A stretch of DNA of 64,000 nt from positions 3,104,001 through 3,168,000 of the forward strand of contig CBDETK010000013.1 of NCBI GenBank assembly GCA_965242865.1. Reading direction: 5' to 3'. The DNA comes from Candidatus Latescibacterota bacterium (GTDB taxonomy: Bacteria > Latescibacterota > UBA2968 > UBA8231). A program made the position numbers and the translations under genes. This document shows, piece by piece, positions 22,667 to 34,100 of this stretch. The notes beneath the pieces are model-generated. The model was given only the letters and a program-made list of their open reading frames with translations, did no database searches and was not told the DNA's origin. Position 1 is the stretch's first letter. Each line of letters begins with the position of its first letter.

Positions 22667-22834
22667 GGTCTATTTCTAAGAATTATCATTGATTATGGAA
22701 TGTGGAAAAACCGAATCAGGCGAATCCCCCATGCGCTCGGGTACGGGGAAAATCTACCTTGCTCACGTTAATAAGGTACACTCTGCGGAAACCCCGCGCT
22801 ATCCGCGTTTTGCCGCAATTCCTATCTTATCTTC

Positions 22835-23833
22835 ATGCCCCAACTCGCGCCCCCATACCTGTTGTTCCTCGGCGACGCCGCCGACCAACTCGCCGCCAAA
22901 ACGGCCGTTGGCATCGCCCATTGGCGTCCCGAGCGATGCCTAGGTCAGCTTCGCCTTCCGGGCTGCCGCGCCGACCTCGGCCTACCCGACCAAACCCTCG
23001 CCGACGCCCGAGCCGCTGGTGCCCGCACCCTCATCATCGGCGTCGTCAATCGCGGCGGCATGGTGTCCGACCTCTGGCGCGACACCCTCTTGCAGGCCAT
23101 TGACCTCGGCTACGACCTCGCCAGTGGCCTACACACCCGCCTCAGCACCATCCCCGGCTTGGCCGACCGCGCTCGCGCAAAGGGCACTCGCCTCGTGGAT
23201 GCTCGCTTTTCCGACCGCGCTTTTCCCATTGCAACCGGCGTCAAACGCCCGGGCAAACGCCTGCTCACCGTTGGCACGGACTGCTCGGTCGGCAAGATGT
23301 TCACCGCGCTGGCCATGGAACGCGAGATGCAAGCGCGAGCCATGGCCTGCACCTTCCGCGCCACCGGCCAAACCGGCATCTTCATCGCCGGGACGGGCGT
23401 TGCGGTTGACGCCGTGGTTTCCGACTTCCTCGCCGGAGCGGTCGAGCTCCTGACCCCGGCCAACCACCCCGAGCACTGGGACCTAATCGAAGGCCAAGGC
23501 TCCCTGTTCCACGCCTCTTATGCCGGCGTGTCGCTGGGCCTTCTGCACGGTGCCCAGCCCGACGCGCTCGTCCTCTGCCACGATCCCAACCGCCCCCATC
23601 TGCGCGGCCTACCCGAATACCAACTGCCCGATCTGCTCGACTGCATTCGCCTCAACGAGCAGTGCGGTCGCCTCACCAACCCGGCCTGCCGCACCGTTGG
23701 CATTGCAGTCAACACCTCGCACTTGCCGGAAAACCGCGCTTCCGAACTGCTCGGGGCCATAGAGCGTCAAACCGGCCTGCCCGCCGTTGATCCGCTGCGC
23801 CAAGGGGCCGGGTGCTTGGTGGATGCCTTGTGA
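22835..23833 (+). CDS. dgcN: DUF1611 family D-glutamate N-acetyltransferase
   Basis: PYLLFLGD..AAKTA.GI..WRPE, VGTDCSVGKM, ATGQTGI, EGQGSLFH; adjacent to dgcA. Confidence 0.88.
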   Translation: MPQLAPPYLLFLGDAADQLAAKTAVGIAHWRPERCLGQLRLPGCRADLGLPDQTLADARAAGARTLIIGVVNRGGMVSDLWRDTLLQAIDLGYDLASGLHTRLSTIPGLADRARAKGTRLVDARFSDRAFPIATGVKRPGKRLLTVGTDCSVGKMFTALAMEREMQARAMACTFRATGQTGIFIAGTGVAVDAVVSDFLAGAVELLTPANHPEHWDLIEGQGSLFHASYAGVSLGLLHGAQPDALVLCHDPNRPHLRGLPEYQLPDLLDCIRLNEQCGRLTNPACRTVGIAVNTSHLPENRASELLGAIERQTGLPAVDPLRQGAGCLVDAL

Positions 23834-24810
23834 CGCGCTTTTCCGTCCGCAGTGAGAGCTTTCCCCTCGCCCAGCCCTTCGCCATCGTGCGCGGCGCCAA
23901 AACCACCGCTGTCGTCGTCGTCGTGGAACTGAGCCGCGATGGCTATGTTGGGCGCGGCGAATGCCTCCCTTATCCCCGCTACGGCGAAAGCGTGGCCGGG
24001 ACCATAAGCGCGTTAGAAGCGCTGCGACCGCAGGTGGAAGCCGGCCTCGACCAAGCGGCCTTGCAACGCGCCCTGCCGCCCGGTGCGGCCCGCAACGCCT
24101 TGGACTGTGCCCTGTGGGATCTAGAAGCCAAACTCAGCGGCCGCCCGGCTTACCAGCTAGCTGGTCTAGTCGCACCACGCCCGGTCGCGACGGCCTACAC
24201 CCTCTCGCTCGACGACCCCGCGGCCATGGGTCGGGCCGCGGCCTTGCACGCCAACCGCCCGCTGCTCAAGGTCAAACTCGCTGGTCGCGACGATCTCGAC
24301 CGCGTCGCCGCGATCCGCGCCAACGCCCCAGACGCAACCCTGATCGTCGATGCCAACGAAGGTTGGGCCGCCGACCAAGTCGAGCCGCTGTCGGCCGCAC
24401 TGGCTCGCTTGGGCGTCGCGCTCATCGAACAGCCGTTGCCCGCTGACCAAGACGCCTTGCTCGCCGAGTTTGAACACCCGGTCCCCTTCTGCGCCGACGA
24501 GTCCTGCCACACCGCCGCCGATCTCCCCGAACTGGCCTCCCGCTACGAATGCGTCAACCTCAAGCTCGACAAGACCGGCGGCTTCAGCGAGGCCCTGCGC
24601 TTGGCCGCCGAGGCGTCTGCGTGCGGATTGGACTTGATGGTCGGCTGCATGGTCGCCACCTCGCTGGCCATGGCACCGGCGGTCCTACTGGCCCAACGCG
24701 CCCGGTTCGTCGATCTCGACGGGCCTTTGCTCTTGCAAACAGATCGGGAACACGGGCTGCGCTACGAAGGCAGCCTCCTCCATCCGCCCGATCCTCAACT
24801 CTGGGGATAG
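23830..24810 (+). CDS. dgcA: N-acetyl-D-Glu racemase / L-Ala-D/L-Glu epimerase (enolase superfamily)
   Basis: GEC.PYPRYGES, ARNALDCALWDL, KVK, DANEGW, EQP, ADES, DLDGPLLL; GTGA overlap with dgcN. Confidence 0.88.
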   Translation: MTRFSVRSESFPLAQPFAIVRGAKTTAVVVVVELSRDGYVGRGECLPYPRYGESVAGTISALEALRPQVEAGLDQAALQRALPPGAARNALDCALWDLEAKLSGRPAYQLAGLVAPRPVATAYTLSLDDPAAMGRAAALHANRPLLKVKLAGRDDLDRVAAIRANAPDATLIVDANEGWAADQVEPLSAALARLGVALIEQPLPADQDALLAEFEHPVPFCADESCHTAADLPELASRYECVNLKLDKTGGFSEALRLAAEASACGLDLMVGCMVATSLAMAPAVLLAQRARFVDLDGPLLLQTDREHGLRYEGSLLHPPDPQLWG

Positions 24811-24866
24811 TCCGCACCTTGCTGGACGCAGGTCGCGATTCAGCGTATTCTTCCCATTTCAATCTG

Positions 24867-25829
24867 ATGAGCAACGCACTTCTATTGTTTGCCCGCGGGC
24901 TGGACGAGGCCGCGCTGCAACGCGCCGTCCCGCCATCCCTCTGGCCCAACCAGATCGAGCCGTTGGTATGCGGCGCGTTCTCGGTTGACTTGCCACCCGC
25001 AGTGCTAGAAGGGGCGCTAGAAATCCTGCCGTGCCTCTCCGTCGTCCACGACGGCGCGTGGGGCTATCAGTTCGCAGTGGAATGCGAAACCAAAACCGGC
25101 CAGCGCCACCGGGCTGTCCTCGATCCGGTCGGCTCGTTTCTCGGGGCCGAAGTAAGCGAGGCAACCGAGGCGGTCGAAGCGGCTATCGACCTCCTACGCA
25201 TCCGCACCCCATTGCAAGCAGCCACCCTCCACTTGCGCGTCCACGGCGTCCCCCCCGAGGCCCCGGCCTTGCTCTCGGTCTCAGTGCGCCACCAAGGCGC
25301 AGTGCCCGTTCCGACGCGCCGCGATACGGCCCTAACGGTGCCGCGGCAAAGCCAGATGGTGCTGCGGCCCGCGCTCGCTTCTCGCGTCTGCTCGCCGACC
25401 AGCGTCGCCATGGTCCTCGCTTATTACGGCCACAACGCGAACCTCTACGACGTGATCGCCGCGGCGCACCACCAGCCGAGCGGACTATACGGCGTGTGGC
25501 CGGCCAATATCCACGCCGCGGCTCGCCAAGGGCTTTTAGGCTATCTATTGCACTTTCCCTCTTGGGCCGCGGCGCATGCGCTGCTCGCCGCCGGCTTTCC
25601 CATTGTTGCCTCCGTCCGCTACGAGGCTGGCGAGTTGAGCCGGGCGGCTATTGAGCGGACGGCCGGGCATTTGCTGGTCGTGCGGGGTTGCGCCGGAGAT
25701 ACCGTGCTGGTCAACGACCCGGCCGCAGCCACCGACGCCGAGGTTGCCCGGGCGTACGACCTCGGGGAATTCTGCAAAATCTGGTTGGAGCGCAGTGCCG
25801 TGGGCTACGTGCTCTTTCCCGCGTTGTAA
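24867..25829 (+). CDS. Peptidase C39-like family protein
   Basis: SQM...VCSPTSVAMVL (Cys), GHLLVVRG (His), VNDPAA (Asp). Confidence 0.8.
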   Translation: MSNALLLFARGLDEAALQRAVPPSLWPNQIEPLVCGAFSVDLPPAVLEGALEILPCLSVVHDGAWGYQFAVECETKTGQRHRAVLDPVGSFLGAEVSEATEAVEAAIDLLRIRTPLQAATLHLRVHGVPPEAPALLSVSVRHQGAVPVPTRRDTALTVPRQSQMVLRPALASRVCSPTSVAMVLAYYGHNANLYDVIAAAHHQPSGLYGVWPANIHAAARQGLLGYLLHFPSWAAAHALLAAGFPIVASVRYEAGELSRAAIERTAGHLLVVRGCAGDTVLVNDPAAATDAEVARAYDLGEFCKIWLERSAVGYVLFPAL

Positions 25830-25834
25830 TCGCC

Positions 25835-26698
25835 ATGGACAAATCGACCTTCACGTCCATCGTCTTCGGCGAGATCCTCTACGATTGCTTCCCCGATCGC
25901 ACCTGCTTGGGAGGGGCCGCCCTGAACTTTGCTTGGAACCTGCGCCAACTCGGCTTTCCCGTGGCCATGGTCAGCGCGGTGGGGCGGGACGAACTAGGGC
26001 GACGAGCGCGGGGCTTTCTCCAGCGCACCGACATCGATCTGCAATGGGTCGCCGATCGGCCCGAGCCTACGGGCACGGTCGAGGTGGCACTCAACGCTGG
26101 CCAGCCCACCTACGCCATTCGCGCCGGCGTGGCGTGGGACTACATCGAAGCGAAACCAACATTGGACCGGCCCATCGACCTGATTTACTATGGGACAGCC
26201 GCGCAGCGCAGTCCGGCCAATCGTCCGGGGCTAGCTCACTTGCTGGCGGCCAAGCCCCGGCATCGGTTTTTCGATGTCAACCTGCGCGAGGGCTGCTACA
26301 CGCCGCAGACCGTGCGCTTGGGGCTTGAAGCGGCGACTAGTGTCAAACTCAACCGCGAAGAGTGGGAGGTCGTGCGGGACTTGACCGCAGTCTCCGCGCC
26401 CGCCGACTTGCTCGCCCGCTACGCGCTGGACCGCCTCGCGATTACCTTTGGCCGCGACGGCGCTCAACTCCACGTTCCGGGGGCCTCGTTTGCCGCCCGG
26501 CCCGCGCCAGCGTCCGTCGTCGATGCGGTCGGCGCCGGCGACGCCTTTAGCGGGGTTTTGGCCGCCAGCGCCCTGCTCGGCACCAACCCGCAACAGGCCC
26601 TAGACTTAGCGTGTGCCGCCGGTGCCAGCGCGGTGCAGCACCGCGGGGCGCATTGCCCGCTACCCCAAGCCGTGAAAGCGGCGTTTGCCCTTACCTAG
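25835..26698 (+). CDS. PfkB family carbohydrate kinase (fructokinase-like)
   Basis: GEILYD..GGAALN, FFDVNLR, KLNREE, VVDAVGAGDAF. Confidence 0.9.
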   Translation: MDKSTFTSIVFGEILYDCFPDRTCLGGAALNFAWNLRQLGFPVAMVSAVGRDELGRRARGFLQRTDIDLQWVADRPEPTGTVEVALNAGQPTYAIRAGVAWDYIEAKPTLDRPIDLIYYGTAAQRSPANRPGLAHLLAAKPRHRFFDVNLREGCYTPQTVRLGLEAATSVKLNREEWEVVRDLTAVSAPADLLARYALDRLAITFGRDGAQLHVPGASFAARPAPASVVDAVGAGDAFSGVLAASALLGTNPQQALDLACAAGASAVQHRGAHCPLPQAVKAAFALT

Positions 26699-26713
26699 CG
26701 AAAGGTTTTCCCC

Positions 26714-27658
26714 ATGCAGACCCCTATCCCTTTGTGCGACCCCCACTTCCACCTCTGGGACCTAGCCGAGCGGCCCAACCCCAATCTCGGGGCCGTCATG
26801 CCGGCGTACCGAGCCGCCGACTACGCCCAAGACATGCGCGAACTGCCCTCTGAGTTGCAGCGGGTCAGCGGCGTCCACGTCGAAACCGTCGTCGGCCAAG
26901 TCGCCGGCGGCGTTTCCGTCGATACCGTCGAGGAAACTCGCTGGGTGCGCGACCAGCTCGAACCGACCGCGGCCGAACAGCCCTTTGGCATGGTCGCGTA
27001 CGTGCATCTGGAGCGCGACTTGGCCGCGGCCGAGCGCACCATTGAACAACACGTAGAGGCCGCTGGGGGCCGGCTGCGCGGCGTGCGCATGATCCTCAAT
27101 CACCATCCCGACAATCCCGACCTGACTTGGCCGCAGGTCGAAGACGGCGTGTTGCAGAGCAGCCGCTTCCGCGCGGGCTTGGCCCTGTTAGAACGCCACA
27201 ACCTCGCCTTTGACCTTTCCTGCAATCCCCACCAAGTGGCCGACGCGGTCGCGGTCTTCCGCGATTTCCCGGACCTCCGCGTCGTCGCCAACCACCTCGG
27301 CTTCCTCCACGACGGCGAGGACCAAGCGCACGAGGACCTCTGGCGCGAAGGCATGGCCGCGCTGGCCGCCTTGCCCAACATCTATATGAAGCTATCTATG
27401 GCGTGGTTTGCCCGGGCCGCCTTCCACGAAGACGCGGCCAAAGAGGCCAAAATCGCCGCGGTCGTCCACGAGCTGATCGAGCACTTTGGCTGTAGCCGCT
27501 GCATGTTTGCCAGCAACTATCCCGTTGACAAACTGCGGGGCATTAGCATCGGCTACCTCTACGCCAAGTTCCTCGAGTGGAGCACCGGCTTTTCGGGCGA
27601 CGAGCGTCGGGCGCTCTTCCACGACGCGGCTCTCAGCGCTTACGGGCCGCTTGCGTAA
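26714..27658 (+). CDS. Amidohydrolase_2 family protein (sugar lactonase-like)
   Basis: DPHFHLWD, RGVR, NHLG, MFASNYPVD. Confidence 0.85.
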   Translation: MQTPIPLCDPHFHLWDLAERPNPNLGAVMPAYRAADYAQDMRELPSELQRVSGVHVETVVGQVAGGVSVDTVEETRWVRDQLEPTAAEQPFGMVAYVHLERDLAAAERTIEQHVEAAGGRLRGVRMILNHHPDNPDLTWPQVEDGVLQSSRFRAGLALLERHNLAFDLSCNPHQVADAVAVFRDFPDLRVVANHLGFLHDGEDQAHEDLWREGMAALAALPNIYMKLSMAWFARAAFHEDAAKEAKIAAVVHELIEHFGCSRCMFASNYPVDKLRGISIGYLYAKFLEWSTGFSGDERRALFHDAALSAYGPLA

Positions 27659-27664
27659 TGCGCC

Positions 27665-28156
27665 ATGAACACCAACGACTATACCCACTGGCGCGACAGC
27701 ACGGGCGCGCCGCTGACGAAAAGGCCCGACCGGCTCGGCGTGGCGACCAACGGCTTTATCCGCGACAAGACCGGCAAAATCCTGCTGCAACAGCGTGCGG
27801 ACAACGGCTTTTGGGGCCTGCCCGGCGGCCAAGTTGAACTCGGCGAATCCGTCGAACAAGGCGTGGTGCGCGAAGTGTATGAGGAAACGGGCTTACAGGT
27901 ACATGTCGAGCGGCTGATTGGGGTGTACTCGGGGCTAGCAAGCTATCCGTTTATGCGCTATCCCAACGGCACCGTCGTCCACTACCTCACCGTCGTCTTT
28001 GCCTGCGACCCGGTCGCTGGCACCTTGCGGCTCTCCCCCGAAAGCACGGACCTCGGCTATTTTGCCGCCGATGCCCTGCCCGCACAGACCTTGCTCTCGC
28101 ACCGCCTCCGCATTGAGGACGCCCTGACCGGCCTAGTGTACCCGTTTATTCGCTAA
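27665..28156 (+). CDS. NUDIX hydrolase
   Basis: Nudix box GGQVELGESVEQGVVREVYEETG. Confidence 0.92.
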   Translation: MNTNDYTHWRDSTGAPLTKRPDRLGVATNGFIRDKTGKILLQQRADNGFWGLPGGQVELGESVEQGVVREVYEETGLQVHVERLIGVYSGLASYPFMRYPNGTVVHYLTVVFACDPVAGTLRLSPESTDLGYFAADALPAQTLLSHRLRIEDALTGLVYPFIR

Positions 28157-28236
28157 CCCCCTGCTGTTGACCGCACTCTGCCCAACAGCAGATATTCTTG
28201 TTCGCTCGCCCCACCCTTCACCAGAAGAGGAACGAC

Positions 28237-29214
28237 ATGATCAAAATTGCCGAAGTCCTGCCCGATCACCCCACGCCGCTGTGGCGGATGGTCAAGCAAT
28301 GCGGCGTCGACCACGTGGTCGGCGGCTTTTCCACCCCGGGCGACCCCGCCGACATCCATCCCGAGCAACGGCCTTGGAGCTACACCAACCTCGTGCGGCT
28401 GAAGACCGCGTTCAACGATGGCGGCTTCTCCCTCGACGTCATTGAGGCCCGCCCACCGCTCAACAAGGCCAAGCTCGGCCTCTCCGACCGCGACGAGGAG
28501 ATCGACTACGCCTGCGAGCTGATTCGCAACATGGGCCGGGTCGGCATTCCGGTCTGGTGCCCCGAGTGGATGCCCGTGCTCAACTGGACTCGCACCTCCA
28601 TGGCAGCACCCGGGCGCGGCGGTGCCATGGTCACCGGCTTTGACAACGAGCTAATGAAAAACGCGCCCCTGACCGACGCGGGCGTCGTCACCGAAGAACA
28701 GCTTTGGGACAATCTGCAGTACTTCCTCGAACAGGTCGTGCCGGTCGCCGAGGAAGCCGGCGTCAAACTCGCCATGCACCCGGACGACCCGCCGCTGTCG
28801 CCCCTCCGCGGCATGGGGCGGATCATGCGCAGCGTCGAAAACTACCAGAAGCTCCTCGACCTAGTGCCCAGCCCGGCCAACGGCATCTGCCTGTGCCAAG
28901 GCAACTTTACCCTAATGACCGACGACTTGCCCGAAGTCATCCGCCACTTTGGCGACCGCATCTACTTCGTCCACTTCCGCGATGTGCGCGGCACCCCCGA
29001 AAAGTTCGTCGAGACCTTCCACGACGAAGGCAAGACCGACATGCGCGCCTGCATGGAAGCCTACCGCGACATCGGCTTTGAAGGCGTCCTGCGCCCCGAC
29101 CACGTGCCGACGATGGAGGGCGACCGCAACGACAGCCCGGGCTACTCGTCGATCGGGCGCTTGTTTGCCATCGGCTATATCAAGGGGCTGCGCGAAGCCG
29201 TGTACGCGAGCTAA
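28237..29214 (+). CDS. uxuA: Mannonate dehydratase family protein
   Basis: WMPV..WTRT, LWDNLQYFL..VVPVAEEAGVKLAMHPDDPP, VHFRDV, RPDHVP, FAIGYIKG. Confidence 0.85.
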   Translation: MIKIAEVLPDHPTPLWRMVKQCGVDHVVGGFSTPGDPADIHPEQRPWSYTNLVRLKTAFNDGGFSLDVIEARPPLNKAKLGLSDRDEEIDYACELIRNMGRVGIPVWCPEWMPVLNWTRTSMAAPGRGGAMVTGFDNELMKNAPLTDAGVVTEEQLWDNLQYFLEQVVPVAEEAGVKLAMHPDDPPLSPLRGMGRIMRSVENYQKLLDLVPSPANGICLCQGNFTLMTDDLPEVIRHFGDRIYFVHFRDVRGTPEKFVETFHDEGKTDMRACMEAYRDIGFEGVLRPDHVPTMEGDRNDSPGYSSIGRLFAIGYIKGLREAVYAS

Positions 29215-29233
29215 ATCAGGAGGCAGTCACCGC

Positions 29234-30052
29234 GTGAAACTCTACTACAGCACTTATGGCATGAAGCAACTCGACGTCTTTGAAGCCCTGCCGCGCCTCG
29301 CGGACATGGGGTACGAGGGCATGGAAATCGCCGTCACCCCGGGCTGGCCGACCGAGCCGGCCAACATGGACGCGGCCGGGCGCAAAAGGCTCGCCGACCT
29401 CCTCCGCCAGCTCAACTTCCCAACGCCGGCCCTCATGGCTCTGCTCTCGCCCTGCGTCGAAGGCGAGGGACGCTCGGCCGCGCTGGCGCAGTTCAGGGCG
29501 ACCTTTGAACTGAGCCGGGCACTCAGGCTCGACGACCGCCCCATGGTCGTCAGCACCACCCTCGGCCATCCCAAACCCCCTTGGGCTACCGGCAAAGAGC
29601 GAATCGTCGCGCTAGTGCTCGAAGTAGCCGACCTGGCCGCCGAATACGACGTCATCGTCGCGATTGAGCCGCATGCCGGCGACGACTTTGAGACGCCGGA
29701 AAAGGCCGCTTGGCTCATGCAGCAAACCAACCACCCGCACCTCGGCCTCAACTTCGATTACAGCCACTTCTGGGTAGAGGGAATCGACTTGCAGCACTCG
29801 ATTGACCTGAACCTCCAGTACTCGGTCCACAACCACATCAAGGACGGCTATCTCGACGAGGAAGGACGGGTCCGCTATCTCCTGCCCGGCAGCGGCCAGT
29901 TGGACGTGACGGCCTACTACAAAGCCATGCAAGACGCCGGCTGGAATCAGTACCTGTGCCCAGAGGTCACCGGCCAAATATGGAACGCAGCCGGGTACGA
30001 CGCCTGGAGCACAGCGCAATTTTGCTACGACTCGCTAGACGCGGCGCGGTAG
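29234..30052 (+). CDS. Sugar phosphate isomerase/epimerase (xylose isomerase-like TIM barrel)
   Basis: GYEGMEI, AIEPH, LNFDYSH, HNHIKD, LPGSG; AGGAGG RBS before GTG 29234. Confidence 0.85.
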   Translation: MKLYYSTYGMKQLDVFEALPRLADMGYEGMEIAVTPGWPTEPANMDAAGRKRLADLLRQLNFPTPALMALLSPCVEGEGRSAALAQFRATFELSRALRLDDRPMVVSTTLGHPKPPWATGKERIVALVLEVADLAAEYDVIVAIEPHAGDDFETPEKAAWLMQQTNHPHLGLNFDYSHFWVEGIDLQHSIDLNLQYSVHNHIKDGYLDEEGRVRYLLPGSGQLDVTAYYKAMQDAGWNQYLCPEVTGQIWNAAGYDAWSTAQFCYDSLDAAR

Positions 30053-30125
30053 GCATGGCGCTGAGCAGCGCAGTCGCCCCTCTCGCTCGTCCCGCTTCCT
30101 CTATCCCCGTTGCCGACTTGCTGCC

Positions 30126-31118
<993 letters not shown>

Positions 31119-31134
31119 TTAGGAGGAACGCTAC

Positions 31135-34100
31135 ATGAGCAAGAAAACCATCTTTTCGACATACTTGAAAAATCTCGCTGCCGTCGCCCGGCAAGGCGAT
31201 GCACGGGAGGAGAGCTTCTACCCGGCACTGGCGGACATGCTCGCGGAAACGGCCCGCGCCGCCGGGAGGACTGACATACACGTCACCACGCTGCCCAGAC
31301 CTACCGAGGGCGGCAACCCGGATTTCCGGCTGTGGAATGGGACGGACCGGATCATCGGCTATGTCGAGGCCAAGAAGCCGACCGAAGAGCGATTGGATCT
31401 CGTCGAGGACTCCGAACAACTCCAACGCTATCTCTCGACATTTCCCAACCTCATCCTCACCAATTTTCTCGAGTTCCGCCTGTATCGCAACGGCGAGCGC
31501 GTTCAGACGGTCAGCGTTGGTCGGCCCTTGGTGCTCAACGCGCTGGGCACAACGCCGCCGCTGGAAAATCAAGCCGAACTCGCCGCCCTTCTCGACCGCT
31601 TTCTCGACTTCGCGCTGCCCTCAATGTTCACCGCCGAATCCTTCGCCGTTGAACTGGCAAAACGCACGCGCCTGCTCCGCGCCGTGATCGGCGAGCAGTT
31701 TGAGCAGGAACGGAACGCGCCCGGGATGCTCTCTGGTTTCTTTGAGGCATTTCAGACGTATCTCATCGGCTCGCTGACAACGGACGATTTCGCCGATCTG
31801 TTCGCGCAGACGATTGCCTACGGCCTCTTTGCCGCTCGCACCCGCGCTGGAGATGGCTTCAATCGGCGCGTTGCGTTCGACAATATCCCGCACACCATCG
31901 GCGTCTTGCGCGACCTGTTCCGCTACATCTCGCTCGACGACTTGCCCGCCCCACTCGCTTGGTGCGTGGATGACCTCGCCGAGGTGCTGGCCGTGGCCGA
32001 CGCGCCCGGCATTCTGGACAGCTACTACCGCGAGGGCAAGGGCGGCGATCCCATCGTGCATTTTTACGAGACCTTTCTGGCGCAATACGATCCCGACGAG
32101 CGCGAGCGGCGAGGCGTTTATTACACGCCAGAGCCGGTGGTCGGTTACATCGTGCGTTCCCTAAATGGCCTTCTCAAGACGGAATTTGACAAACGCGACG
32201 GCCTCGCTTCGGACGGCGTTACATTGCTCGACCCGGCGGCGGGGACGATGACGTTTGTCGCCCGTGCGGCCCAACAGGCGGTTGCCGAGTTCGAGGAGAA
32301 ATACGGTCGTGGCGGACGGGAGGACTTCATCCGTCGGCATATCCTCGAGAATTTCTACGCGCTGGAGTTGATGATGGCCCCGTACGCGGTCGGCCATCTC
32401 AAGATGATCTTTTTCTTGGAAGAACTCGGCCACCGCCTCGGCGACGATGAGCGGGTGCCCTTTTATCTCACCAATACGCTCGACATGGAGGAATTGGAGC
32501 AGAGCCGGTTGCCCGGCTTGTCTGCACTGGCCGAGGAGTCCCGCTTGGCTGGCGCGGTCAAAAAGCAAACGCCGATTTTGCTCATCTTGGGCAATCCGCC
32601 TTATTCGGGGCATTCGAGCAACACGGGCGATTGGATTACGGGCTTGATCGACGATTACAAGCAAGTGGATGGCGAGCCGTTGGGGGAGAGAAATCTGAAA
32701 TGGTTGCAAGACGACTACGTCAAGTTCCTGCGTTTCGCGCAATGGAAAATTGGGCAGGCCGGGCGCGGTGTCGTGGGGATGATCACCAACCACAGCTATC
32801 TCGACAATCCGACGTTTCGCGGGATGCGCCGCAGTCTGATGCAGACCTTTGACGACATTTACATCCTCGACTTGCATGGCAATTCGCTGAAAAAGGAAAC
32901 CAGTCCAGACGGCAGCCTCGATCAAAACGTTTTCGACATCCGGCAGGGCGTGACTATCGCCTTTTTCGTCAAACGCGGCGATGGTCGAGAATCAGAAGCT
33001 GTCGTCCAGCACACCGAATGTTATGGAACGAGAGAGAGCAAATATGAATGGCTAGACGCTCACGACCTCGGTAACACCAAGTGGCAACAAATAAATCCCG
33101 CGTCGCCGTTCTATCTGTTCGTGCCCCGCGACGACGCGCTTGAAGCTGAGTATCGGCGGTTCCTCTCTATCCCCGAAGTATTTTCTGTTTCCGAAGTATT
33201 TCCGGTCAACAGCGTCGGCATTGTAACCGCCCGCGACCGTCTGACGATCCATTGGTCTGAGCAAGAGGCGTGGGATACGGTGCGGGCTTTTTTAGAGATG
33301 GACCCAGAACTCGCTCGGCAGGGGTATAAACTCGGCAAAGATACGCAAGAGTGGAAAGTGACGATGGCGCAAAAGGACTTGCGGGATTCCGGCCCGACAC
33401 GCGAGAACGTGGTCCCGATTCTTTATCGGCCCTTTGACATCCGCCGCACCTACTACACGGGTCGGTCGCGGGGATTTATCTGTAGGCCCCGTTCCGAAGT
33501 CATGCGTCACATGCTGGCCGGGGAAAACTTGGCGTTGTGTGTTGGACGTCAAGGGCAGGTTGTTGGCGCGGGCGAATGGAATTTGATCTATTGCTCGCAG
33601 AACATAGGGGATCTTAATCTGTTCTATCGCGGCGGAAACGTGAATTTTCCCCTCTATCTCTATCCCACCGCTGACCGCGACGACCTTTTCGCGCAACGCG
33701 AATCGTCCGAGCGTCAGCCGAATCTGAGTCCCAAGTTGCTCGCGGTACTCACAACGGCACATGGTCAAGCACCCTCGCCCGAGGACATTTTCTACTACAT
33801 GTATGCGATCTTGCACGCGCCTGCGTACCGCGAGCAATACGCCGAATTTTTGCGGATCGATTTCCCCCGCATTCCGTTCACAAAAGACAGCGCGTTGTTC
33901 GCCGAACTTGCCGCCCTCGGTGCGCGATTGGTCGGCCTGCATCTGCTCACCTCGCCGGAACTCGACCCACCCACCTGCCGCTTTGAGGGCCAAGGCGAGC
34001 CGTTGGTCGCACGGACGAAGGCGCAGGGCTTTCGCTATGACCCACCCGCGCAACGCGTTCACATCAGCAAAACGCATTATTTCGGCCCCGTGCCCCCGGA

